A stretch of 64,000 nt of DNA from Octopus vulgaris (taxonomy: Eukaryota). Below are positions 1-13,000 of this stretch, piece after piece. How positions within the stretch are numbered: the first letter of the stretch is position 1; each line of letters begins with the position of its first letter. Where the stretch lies: contig OX597829.1 of assembly GCA_951406725.2 (NCBI GenBank), positions 20,088,001 to 20,152,000 on the forward strand, written 5' to 3'. The notes below the pieces were generated by a model that had not been told where the DNA came from, did no database searches, and worked only from the letters and a program-made list of their open reading frames with translations. The translations under genes and the position numbers were made by a program.

Positions 1-838
1 TTTTATAAGTTTCAAATTTATCCAGTTAATTACTGTATTTAGTTTTTCTCTCTGTGTTCAGAAACTCGAATAATAAACTAAATCAAATTAACCTCCAGCT
101 ATTAGAGAAAGAAACATGCATTATGCTTAGTCATAAAGAATTAAGTTATTAATATTTTATGAGTAACCAAGTATTCTGCATTTGTTTGTTCTTTCAGTAC
201 TATTTAGACGTCTGTTGCTTTTCGAGATGTCCGCAATCTTTAGAATTTAATAAAATATCAACTGATGAGTAATCAAGTACATTTGCAATATATGTGTATT
301 ATGTGTATACTTTTATCTCCATTTTGATTTCAATGTTTAACAAAGTATTTTAGTATTTCTACGTAAAATAACAAAATTACAACTGATGCATTGAGCAGGT
401 AACTGCTTATAATCTATCGTGCTTTTATCTTTTTTTTTCCTTTTTTTTTTTTTAAATACATATATCTAGTATCTCTTTGTTCAACGTCCGTACTTTCATT
501 ATCTCCCAAGCAGATTACTTCAAAATAAATAGCTGTTTATTTCGTAAGGAAGTGTATTCACCTAACCCATCTTCGTTTTTTTTTTATGGACTTTCTTGCT
601 GAAGGTTAATAATAGCTACTTTTATTGGAATTACTTGATTAAACTACATCCAATCTCTGCAGACTCTGAAATCCTTATTTTTCCCAACCATCGTTGTCAC
701 TCATTATCTATAAGCGATACTTCTCAACAAATCACCTGTATTTTCTGACATTTTGACGTATTTTGAAGGCAGTTTACATTGATGTGTTTCTGATTTTTTG
801 CTTTTGTTTTTTTTTTTTTGTTTTGTTTTTGTTTTCAG

Positions 839-1073
839 TTGTCCACCAAGAACCTTCCTGCCAGCACTTTGTAAAATTTTTCTTGATGAACGTGCTCCTG
901 ATAATGTTCTTGAAGTCACCGCACGTGCCATTACATACTACTTGGATGTGTCAGCAGAATGCACTCGTCGCATTGTTGCTGTCGAGGGTGCCATTAAGGC
1001 CCTCTGTAACAGATTGGTTGTGGCTGAAATGTCTTCACGTACAAGTAGGGATTTAGCGGAACAATGTATAAAA
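839..1073 (+). CDS. HECTD1: HECTD1 exon (window exon 1), ARM region [10 protein letters not shown]...AEQCIK
   Basis: Acceptor ttttcag after a long poly-T tract; donor AAA|gtaagt. Confidence 0.95.
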
Positions 1074-4000
1074 GTAAGTAAGCTTTAGTTCTGCTATAAA
1101 AAAAAAAGTTTTAAAAAAACCGTGAATGATGAATCTACTAAAGCTTTGTCTTATTTATCACTGTTTCTTACAACAGGAAGTAAATCATAATTATGATATC
1201 AGTATCCGGTGGTTGAGATATCAAGACAATTGATTTCAAGACTGTTATTGGTATTACCGTCGTCATACCATAGCAAGCAAATTGAGTGAGGTCCTCTACC
1301 TCGTTAAAATAATGCTATACGGCTAATTCAAAAGTCAATTACTGGATGCATCGATCTAGTTCAAAAAATGGGTGCGAGGGCTGAGTTTGAGTCATTGAAT
1401 TTATATTACCTGTAAACGTTTTGAAAAAATTGTGTAGAGAGGCGAAACAACTTTTTAAATTGTATGTTAAATTCCTCCCTTTTTACTATTTTATTGATAT
1501 TATGGGCGTAGTTTTTATAAACAATGTTATTTATAATGATTTGAAGTTTATGCTTTTGAGTGATTTGGACAACTCTTGTCACCTTTTCTACATTTGATGT
1601 CACCGCCGTCTCCTTTTGAAAATAGCTTTGGCATTTATATAAACATAATTTAATTCCAAGTTCAGGAGTCAGGTTTTTTTTTACAAAGAAATGTTTTTGT
1701 AAAAAAAAACCTATGTATAAAATAGAGCTCTTTCTTACTTGGTACCGATTCTCTCCACAATGTCAATTCGAAGTCCAATCTTCCTTTCATCAACTTTTAG
1801 AAGCTGATTGGATTTATAATTTTCCCATACTAAAGCTATTTGACTGTTTTTCTAATATTCTTTCTTTCCTCAAAAATTGAAGCTTAAATTTATTTTGTAT
1901 TACTCAAAGGAAGTTGTATCAAAGCTTGTGGGGCAGCATACATTGTATTCCCTTCTTCCTCTTATTAAAAAATTGTAACTTTCATACAAAGTGAAATAAT
2001 GTATAGAATGATACAAAGAAATAAAATCTCTGCTTCAAAATATATTTGATTGAAACACCTTTTGATGATTTGAAAAAGAAGACTACTAGTGCTTTTACAT
2101 TATAGTTGGAGCCAAAGAATAAGGGTGTTATTGTTTAAAATGCCATTAAATCCTCTAAATTTTAATAGCCAAAAAAAAAAAAAAAATTCTTGAATTGTGT
2201 TTCTTCCTTATGGCAAGAAAGTGGAAAGCTTTGCTTTAGGGTTAAATAAGCAACAGGTTTTGGAATTAACTTTCTAATTTAACCTTTAGCATTCAGACTT
2301 CTGCCAAATGTAATGCTTATTTATTCACATTATTTTGAATCAGCCATGCATTATCTCATAGCTTTGAGATTTCAGTGATGTGATTGTTTATTTTTAGAAT
2401 GTCATTGTAGGGTAGGTGTGAGAGGCCGGATTTGGTGTGTTTGAACATAAAATAGAGAGAATATTTTGGCTGGATAAGGCCGATTTAAATGCTAAAAGGT
2501 TAAGGAAGAACATTGCCAATGGGCTTCCAAAGCAGGTTTTTTTTTCTTTTCTCTTTTCGCCAGAATAATAATTTGCATCAATTTTAAGATCATAAGGAAA
2601 AATTTTTTTAAATGGCAATTTGATTTTCAATTTCTTTTTAGAAATTTAAAAGCAGCAAGCTGCAGATTTGAAATTCAGGATGATAACTTGCAATATGGAA
2701 AAATTTATATTTTTTTAATGTCTGAAACAAATTTATGGCTGGAAGTATTCAGATCAATCTTAGGCTGTCAATTGGCATTTGAACCTGGTTCTTCATTTGG
2801 TTTAATAAATTTTGTGAGAGGAATCAAATATACAATGTTCCTTAAGCATTTAAAGCAGCCATATCCAGCCCAAATACTCTGTTTTATGGTGAAACTGACC
2901 TGATCTCTCACACCTGTTTTACTATGTAATTCTAAAAAGAATCAATCACATTATTGAAATTCCAGAACTATGAGATAATGCATGATTAATTCAAAGCAAT
3001 TTGAATAAATAAGGATTACATTTGGCAGAATAATGTAAATGCTAAAGTGTTAATGAAGGACATAGTATTTTAAAGCAAAAAAATGTAAGTTATTTGGAAG
3101 TTGTGAATTTGCAATGATCTGGGGTTGAATCAAGGTAGCAGCTAGGAAAAGAGCACGAAAATTTAAGTATCATCTAGTAAATATTTTCATTATATAGGTG
3201 CAGGTGAGGCTGTATAAGTTTGCTTTCAACCAAATGGTTCTGGGCTCAATCCTTCTGCATAGTACCTGGGCAAGTCTTTTCTACTTTAGCCTTGGGTTCA
3301 CAAATCCTTGTGTATGGATTTGGTAGATGGGGACAGAAATATGTGTTTGTGTTTGTCTTTGTGTCTATTTGATTCCCACCACTACTTAACAGGTAATGGT
3401 GTGTTTATGTCCTTGTAATTTTGCAGCTCAGTAAAGAGACCAACCAATAAGATAACTAAGTACTGGGGTTGATTTGTTCAACTGAAATTCTTGAAGGTGC
3501 TGCCCCAGTATGGCCACAGTCTAGTGACTCAAACAAGTAAAACAAAAAGATATATGGAGTTTTATTCAATACAGTGTTAATGATTGACAGCTAACCTAGA
3601 CTAAAGATGCACCATATGTTCATGAAGTAAACTGATTTGTTACATGACTTCTGGATATATAGATAGTTTATCTAACTGGCATAATTAGCACTAAAGATAC
3701 ATTTTGTAATGAATATATATATAATAGCTCAGATAAAAATTGGTGGTGGAAGTTGACTTATCTCAAATTTCATTCGCCTTTTATGAAGCATTCTTCTTAC
3801 ACAATTCATTTCAAACTGCCAACTGGGAGGTTTAAAATGAGTTGTGTGCCTGTCTGAGCGTGTATTCTAATCTGCATACAAAGATGCATAACGTTTTAAA
3901 CTTGTATTCTTTCTGAAAATTTTAGAATTGAACATATATTTAAAAGCAAATTATTTTTACTGTTGTATGTATGTATATGTGTGTGATCATCATCATTTAA

Positions 4001-7000
4001 CATCTGCCTTCCATGCTAGCATGAGTAGGACAGTTTCACAAGAATCAGTCAGGCTGGGGCCTGCACCAGACTTCAGTGATTATTTTGGCAGGATTTTTAC
4101 AACGGGATGCCCTTCCTCAGCAGAGTGGTTTTAATGCCTTTTACATGGCACAAGCACAGGCGAGGTCAGTTTTGGCTAGGTTTTTACAGCCTGATGCTCT
4201 TTCGAACACCAACCACTTTAGTGTGGACTGGGTGCTTTTAAGTGGCACTTGCAAGACAAAAATAAAAAATTCAAGAGGCGGGGACATTGGAGGAGGTGAT
4301 CTTGTGTCAGATGATGAAAGGTTATAGTGAGGCAGAGACAGGTGTCTTGGTGTAGAGGAAGTGCAAGGTTACCCAGCTGGAGAGAGATCAGGAATGAAGA
4401 CAGATAAGGTACACTACCCAACCTGAGGGAAGTGCAGGGGATGGAGAGAGAGAAAGAGTGGGAGACAGCAGGATAGAGATGTGGCAAAATGCTGGGCATA
4501 CAAGGGACGAGGATCAAAATATAAATGAGATGGCTGAGTAAAGGAAGAGAGAGATTTAGATGGTGGCAAGTACCAGGGCATACCCTTGAGGTTCAAACAC
4601 CATAATATAAGTGGCCGGATATTGCAAAGGAAGTGTGATTGAAGAGTGTGGAGGGAGGGAATAACAAAACCCCTGAGTATATATAGTCAGTGGGGTTACT
4701 GATGGCAATGATACAAAGGAACAGGGCCGGGAGGACAAGATTGGGGAGTGAGAGCTAGGCATAGTGTATGAAGGTGGAAATATGAGGAAGAGATGTAAAT
4801 TGGTTTGTTGGGGTAGGGTGAGTGAAAAGTTTTATGTGTGGGTGGAACACCGGTCGGGGTGGGGGCTAGCAGATAGCATTGAGACCGGGCATATGGGTGG
4901 AACATAACACAGGTCAGAGACTAGTGGAGAGCAATGATACAGTGGCACAGGGCCCAAAGGACAGGATTAGGGAGTGGGAGGTGAGCATAGTGCATGAAGC
5001 GGAAATGTGAGGAAGAGAAGAGATGTAGAGACATAGTTTGGTTTGTTGTGGTAGTGTGTGAGAAATTTTCTTAAGTGTGGGTGGGACACACAGCACTTCT
5101 AGAACTCAATTTCACTGACATGGGGTTATATATGCACACAGACACACACACACACTGCAAGGCAGGTAAAAAAATATCTGTTTATTGTAAATGTACATAT
5201 GGCACAAAGGAAAACTTATGAAGAGTGTTTAAACATGAGAACTAAGAAACTTGGTGGGAATCTCTACATCAGGCTTGGGGAAATATGAAAATCATGTAAT
5301 CTTTTTGAACTTCCATTTTTACTTCTTACATATTGTATATGTTAGGATATATATATATATATGTTTCAGTCATTTGACTGTGGCCATGCTGGAGCACCAC
5401 CTTTAGTTGAACAAATCAACCCTGGTACTTATTCTTTGTAAGCCTAGTACTTATATTATCAGTCTATTTTGATGAACTGCTAAGGGTACGTAAACACACC
5501 ATCAGTTGTCAAGTAATGGTGGGTGGGGACAAACATGAATACATATATATATATATATACACACACACATACTTACATACATACATGACGAGTTTCTTTC
5601 ACTTGCCCAAGGTGCCATGCAGTAGGACTGAGCCCAGGACCATGTGGTTCGGAAGCAAGCTTCTTACCACACAATAATAATATTGAACTTATGTACATTG
5701 CTCAGGTGCACTACAACTCATCAGAAAAAGTACCCAAAAGTGCATGAAGAACAGTAAGTAGAATACTGCACAAGAAATGGAAATGAACAGTTTAAAAAAA
5801 AGAAAATGGCAGGAAGAATCAGGTGTACTGTTGGTGAATTTTAGGATGTGTAGAAATTTTGAAGGCTGTAGTGTACTGACAGCTAACAACTGATATGGGT
5901 AGTTTATTCTTTGCTTCAGCAATTCTGAGTATGAAAAAATGTTTCTGAAAGTGATGGGTGCTTTGTTGTTTTTTGATTCTGTATGCATGTCCACAAGTGT
6001 TAAGACATATGGAATTCAGAAAAAAAATTTAGTATTTATTGGAGAGTGCATTAAACCATCTTGTGATTATAATGGTTCTGAACAGTTGAGAATATACAAT
6101 GGTTACTACCAATGTGGTGTGACTGCTTTCAATATTTTCAACACTCTTTTACAATAGGGTTTTTCTTACTGTTTCTTACTCCATTATGATACTTACTGTA
6201 GATTTTTCTCTCCTGAACTGTATGCCTTTGAAAGTCTTTGTTCACTTTCCCATCCAAAAACTGATGTTCAAAAATTTTAAGTCATCATTCAACTTTGTTA
6301 TCCCTGTGAATGCTTGAAGCTTGTGAATATTATTTTTTTGTCTTCTTGAATTCTAATAAAGTAGCTTATGATATTGTTAACTGTTGTTAAAACAAACGTC
6401 CTCTTCTACAGAGAACATTCTTTGTTCATATATCTTAAGATGAAATTTTGGCAGGAGACAAAATTGGTATATACACACTGCATTTTAAAAGCATTCAGAG
6501 TGAATTATAAAATGTTATTTAAGATTACTCTAAGATTATTTGCTCCAGTTTCAAATACAGGTATGACTTTGTGATTATAGGTTTGCTTCCCAACTATGTA
6601 ATTTTGGGTTCAGTTCCACTGCGTGGCATCTTGAACAAGTCTCTTCAGGTGTAGTCCTAAGATGAAAGTGTTGTGAGTGGATTTGGTAGATGGAAATTTC
6701 AAAAGGCCCATTGAGTGTGTGTCACACTCTAACTGTGAAGTGGTTGGTATTTGGAAGAGCACCCAGCTATAAAAGCCATGTCAAAACTAACCTCACCTGT
6801 TCTTGTACTGTGTAAAAAGCACTCGGCCCACTCTGCAGTCTTCTACCTGGCCAGCTCCTGTCAAACTGCTCAACCTATGCCACCATGGGAGGAGGATGTT
6901 AAACAATGATCATGATGTGTGTGTGTGTGCACCTTTGTGTTTGTCCCCACCACTACTTGACAAATTGATTTGTTTATATCCCTGTAATTTAGTAATTTGG

Positions 7001-10000
7001 CAAAAGAGATTGATAAAATAAATACTAGGCTTAAAAAACATGTACTGGGGTCATTTAAAAAAAAGTATTGGGGTTGATTCACTCAACTAAAATTCTTCAA
7101 GACAACATCCCAGCATGGGCACAGTCCAATGACCAAAACATGTAAAAGATCTTGTTGATAAGATGATTTACTGACTATATGAGTGATTGGTTACAACTAG
7201 CAGATAAAATTATCACACAGCAGAGCTGAGAGAGATTAGTATCGTAATGATGGTTTACATTCACAGCTGGTGCCACAAAAGTGCATTAGCAAGACACTGC
7301 ACAAAAAGTCTGAACTAAATATTCCATAGTCAATGAAAACTAAGTTCACAAAAGATGAATTTGAACTTGCTGGTAGACATACTGGATATTTTACATTATA
7401 ATATAATAAATGTGAAAGTCAGTGTGTCACACTTTTTCAACTTTACTCCTAGAGGCCGTAGCCCAACATATCATACCATTTTGCAACTGGAAATAAATTT
7501 TGGGAATAATCAGAATTAATTGCGAAATCCAGCAATTATTTTTGGCATGATGTTTTGCAACGAATATGATCATCATTGGGATATGACTCTGGAAGAAGCA
7601 ATTGCAACAAAACAAGTCAGAGATCTGCTTGCCGATCCTCCCATTCAGGGTCAGTAGCTTAAAAGCTATATACTAGAGTTGTTAATAATAGTATTTTGAC
7701 TCTTAAATGATTTGCAGGAATTGGTTGCAAAGTTGTGATGCTTTGTTGCAGTTAACAAAAAGGAGGAATTTTCTGAATATGCAATTTTTCTTGAAAATGA
7801 ATGTCTCTTTTTGCTCTGAGCAAAGAGCTGACTGTAGAAGAGATGTATATATCTCTACACAGTATTTCAAGAATTTTGTGTATTAAATTTTATTGAAGGT
7901 CTTCTCATTGAAATCACTTTCTATCAAAACAACTTTTTATCATGATTTAGAGTAATTTCCAAAATCTATTTTGCAGAACAGTTTTTATCTATTAATTTTA
8001 AATACAGAATTATTTAGATAATAAGTGTTGTAGAATGCGTGTATTTTTTAAAATTTTATAAAATAAGTCAGCTTAAGTTTTCTTATGGGAAATACTGTTT
8101 ATATTTTATTTTAGACTAATTTTATTAAAAATTCAGTAAAAAGTCATTCAATAGACAGGTGATTTTATTGTTGTGGTACTGTTGGGCTAAAGATGTAAAA
8201 TGATTGGAAGTGAAATGCTAACTTAAGATGTCTGTAAGTCATTGAAAGCAACTGTATGAAAAAGAAATTTAACTAGAATAGACATGTGATTAGTTGTGGG
8301 TGCCTATATTATGTTCATGTTACACTATAACTTTCCTATTAGTCCTTTCAAGAGAGAATTTAAAACTTACAAATCTATGTTTTCTTAACTGCTTAGAAAA
8401 GTATGTTTTAAAAGACCATTTTTCTGTTATATTTTTTTGTATTGTCTTGTGTTCTGCCTGTTTGTTACTCAAAATATTAGATAATGTAGGAGAAATATGG
8501 AGATATGCTAAAATTACATTAGATCTATGTGTATGAATGCTTACATCATTATTGTTTTAATGCTGGCTTGGGTTAAGGCCACAAGCTGGCAGAAACGTTA
8601 GCATGCCGGACGAAATACTTAGTGGCATTTTGTCTGTCTTTACATTTTGAGTTCAAATTCTGCTGAGGCCCACCTTGCTTTTCATCCTTTTAGGGTCAAT
8701 AAATTAAGTACTGGGGTCAATCTAATCAACTGGACCCCTCTCCCCCAAAATTTCGGACCTTGTGCCTAGATTAGAAACGAATGCTGGCTTGGGTCAAATG
8801 GAATTGTAACAGGTTCTCTATGGCTTGGACGCCCTTTTCATCATCAGTTCTCACCAGTTTCCAAGTAAGGTAATATTTCCCCTTGGTAGGGCATGTATTC
8901 ATAGAAGATTGGAAACAAATGGCTCTATGATGGTGATGCTTGCTTACAACTTGACTAATGCAATGTAAAGACAAATCATACATACATGGTGACTGCTCCA
9001 CCTTCACAGATGATTCTCCTCTCCATGTTGTCAGTGGTATTTTTGACTTTGTCTATGGCCTCTAAGATGACTATTTGGTCTTGCTACAGCTCTGTAGGGT
9101 CTGATGCTTAGGTGACAAGTGAAAGTCATAACTTATGCTCTTCCAACCAGTTAGGACTGCACATGTTGCCACTCTTCCATCACCATAGGACTGTCAGCTG
9201 ATGAAATTACAATGAAGTCACCATAAAGAGGCATTTCTTTCTAATAGGATTATAGTGATAAATGCTTGTACAACAAGAATACTGGTCACTGAACCTCCAT
9301 GATTAGTACCTAATGACAGGCCAAAGTGAAATGGCCAGTAATCAGTTTAGATCTACAAAATCAACTCAGAAAGCTTTGGTTGGCCTAGTGATATAGGAGA
9401 AAACACTTGCCCAAGGTGCTGCTCAGTGGCGTTAAACCTAAAACAATGTGGTTGGGAGAAGTGAACTTTCTAACCATACAACTATACCTGCTTATTCCAA
9501 TAATCCAGGCAGTATATGAAAATTGCATAACCATTGATGTAACTTATAAAAAGAAGTAAATGAAAAATTCTCTTTTATCGCCTGTATCTCATCTTGTTTT
9601 TCTTCGTTCATATTTTCTTTAATCCATTTTGACAAAATGAACTAAGCAATACAAGAGGAGACACAGCATTGACAATTATGTAGTGTTATTTTGAGAACCT
9701 TTTAATACGTAATTGAAATAGTTTGTATCTGTTTAACTTCAAAAATATTAAAGTATATCTGAATTTTTTATCAGATATTGATAAATGCTTTTCCAATAAG
9801 TGGGTCTGGTTCATTAGCAAAATTATGTCAGATTACTTGATTGCTGCTGGGCTTATACCACTGTAACTCGTACATTTTCAAGTGAATATCACTAGAAATA
9901 CTTATTTTTTGTTTCTAAATATTCAATCTGTATGCTCTGCTTGCTTCAATGTCAGTATTTTTCAACTTTGAATGGTGATCTTTTTTATTTACTAAAATCT

Positions 10001-13000
10001 AGTTTATATAGTTTCTTTTATGTGAACACAAGGCATTGTCAGTAATATCACTTTGAAAATCATTGGCCTTCAGTAGTAGAAGAAATATTGGAAAAATACA
10101 TAGCAAAATTTTTAATTGAATGAAGAAAATAAGCAACAGAACATTTTAATCAGTTTTCTGATTGTTTTAAAAAAAGTTTTTTTTATAAACTTGACTGTTG
10201 TTACAGTAAAGGAGATTACACAGTTTACTGCTGACTGATTTTGATCTTAATGGTGTACACTTACGACTAATTAAAACTTAATTTGGGAACCCACTAGGTA
10301 CACGTATTTTTTTAGGTGTGGCTGTGTGGTAAGAAATTTGCTTCCCAACCACATGGTTCCAGGTTCAGTCCTATTGTATGACATCTTGGGCAAGTGTCTT
10401 CTAAAGTCTGTAAGTTGATTTGATAGGCAGAAACTGAAAGAAGACTGTCATATATATATATATATATGTGTATGTATATATATATATATAGATAACTTAG
10501 CAGTTCAGTAAAGGAGACCAGTAGAATAAGTTGCAGGCTTTAAAAAAAAGTTCTGTGGTCAATTTGTCTAGCTTAAATTGAAGGTGGTGCCCATTCATAG
10601 CCACAATTTAATGACTGAAACGAATAAAAGATAAGAGATATTAAATTAATATGGTTATAACCCGTATGAAGAAATGTTTTCTTTGTGTGTCTGGGTAGGC
10701 TGCAGTCATATTTCAGATACAGTCTAGTTTCATAGAGTTGTACTTTTGTGAAGACTCACTACCCACATTTGCGTCAAAAAAGTAATAAACTTTTGTATAA
10801 TTTTAAACTCTCCATCGTGGTCTTTTGATATTGTAGAGTGGCTACTAAAATGAAAACTATAGTCTGAGTTAAGGACTGTTTTTTTTTATCTTTCGGAAAT
10901 TACTTTGTATTTATTTTTCCATGTAATCATTCCATAAGACAAGTATTTGATCGAAAGAAATGTTTACTCTCCTGTAAACAGATTTTATTCAGCTCATGCT
11001 GTACAATATTGGTGTTGGGAAAGGTATCAAGCCATAGAAATAATTCTGAAGTAGATGCTGGAGCTCACCATAGCCCTCCAGCTTAATGTACCCTGCCAAA
11101 CTGTCCAATGTATGCCAGCATGGAAAATGAACTTTGAACGATGTTGTAACATGAAAAATTGGTGTTTCATATATATATGTCTGTATATATATATATATAT
11201 ATGTTGTGTGTTATTTTAATAAACTGTCACTCTTTCTATTTTCTAATTACTTATATACTTTGTATTCCTTCTTCAGGTGTTGGAATTAATTTGTACTAGG
11301 GAATCTGGCTCAGTGTTCGATTCTGGTGGCTTAAATTGTGTTCTTACTTTCATTCGTGAACATGGATCTCAGGTACACAAAGACACTCTACATTCAGCAA
11401 TGTCTGTTGTATCTAGGTTGTGTGGGAAGATGGAACCCACTCAAGATACAGCACTAGAAGGATGTGTAGAGTCTTTGTCCACATTACTTAAACATGAAGA
11501 CCCATTTGTAAGTATATGTTGTTTCTGTTTTACTTTAATGTTTGTCTGATAATCTTTTTGAGTACCATAGCATAGGAATATTTGTATGCATTTGGTTTAA
11601 GCTTAATATTTACAATGAAATGCATCTTTTCTATATTACTATGGGGAAAGGTTGGTTAACAAACTAAACACATTTTCTCCTTTACAGGGAAATGGTAGTA
11701 AAGTTTATATTTTGTTAAGTGCTAAATTGGAGTATGTGTTTTATTATCAAAGGGATTTTGTTATTGTGTATTAATAAAAGAAAAAATTTAAACCAGGAAG
11801 ATACTACACATCTGGTCATTTTAGATCACCAGTATTTTTAACTATATGAGGGGATGTTGAAAAGTTCCTGGCTCTAGATAAAAGAAAATACAGAAGAGCA
11901 GTTAATTATGATTTTATTTAACATATATTCCCCTCTCAGATTCAAACACTTGCAGCAGTCCTTCAGTTTTTTTAAGCCCTGTAAACGAATTCTGAAGTTT
12001 GGGCCTCCATCCAAGCCTTTTGTGATACCCTTAAAGCTAGAAACTTTTCAGTGCCCCCTCATACATGTAATTATAAAAATACCTGTGGCTTTTGCAGAGC
12101 CATCATGACTTGTAAAATAGATGTAGTTAATATTCTTCTTGCACAATTGTTAGTTGACAGCTGCTAGAAAGAAAAAAAACAAGGCAGGAAAACCAGACAG
12201 ATTACTTTCTGGAAAGAACTGAGTGAATGTGGTTAATTTAAGGAAGCTAATAGAGGAGTATGATATGGATGGTGAAAAAGAGGTGAGTCGGCCTGGACCT
12301 GTATATAGGTGGCACAGGACTAGCTAGCTCTGTGGAGCAGAGGCTATTATAAACGCTGTAGAAAAGGTAGTGAATGCAATACTAAAGTCAGAGATTGTAC
12401 TTTGTTGGCAAGTGATTCCTTGCCAGTTAGTAGCTGGAAGTTTGTGAAAGTGTTAGTAATGGTTCTTGTCTGTAATATCAGTAGATGAATTTGTTGTAAT
12501 ATTTACTAAGATAATTTGCCTATATTCAACTGTAATTTTTTTTTAAAATTCCCAGATTAAAAACAGATTTTCATAAGCTTGCTTTTCTCTCAACTTGTTC
12601 ATACTTCCTAAAAATTAATCCAGCCAACAAAAGTTTTAGAGATAAAACATTTGTGTAACTTTGTGAGCTATTTTGTATAATTCTTCTCCAGTCAGTACTT
12701 AAATGTGGTGCTTCTGTTGACCAGTAACCATTTTACTCATCTGTTGGTGAAATAATATACAATTATTAGCATAATAATGTTTCAGATATTATATTTCATC
12801 TTCATTTGATGTCTTAAAAGATTGGATGCGTCTTAATTTTGTATATTAACATGCAAAATATCTGATCAATTAATATAATTAAATGTCTTTTCTAAAGCTA
12901 ACTCCACCATTCTTGCATAAGTTTCATTGTTTAGTCATGGCCTGATTTGATAACCTTGTAATCAAAGGCTTTGATTTAGATAATTTTACTGAATGCAGTT

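Noticed and set aside
159-400. Short repeated words (ATGAGTAA(C/T)CAAGTA at about 159 and 265; ACTGATG at about 261 and 382) suggesting a C/D snoRNA or hammerhead
   Set aside because: No correctly spaced D box with a terminal stem, and no stem II/GAAA after CTGATGA.
1-838. Search for the HECTD1 start exon or promoter
   Set aside because: No sequence encoding the N-terminal MADVDP/LLEWL-like segment is visible; the region looks intronic.
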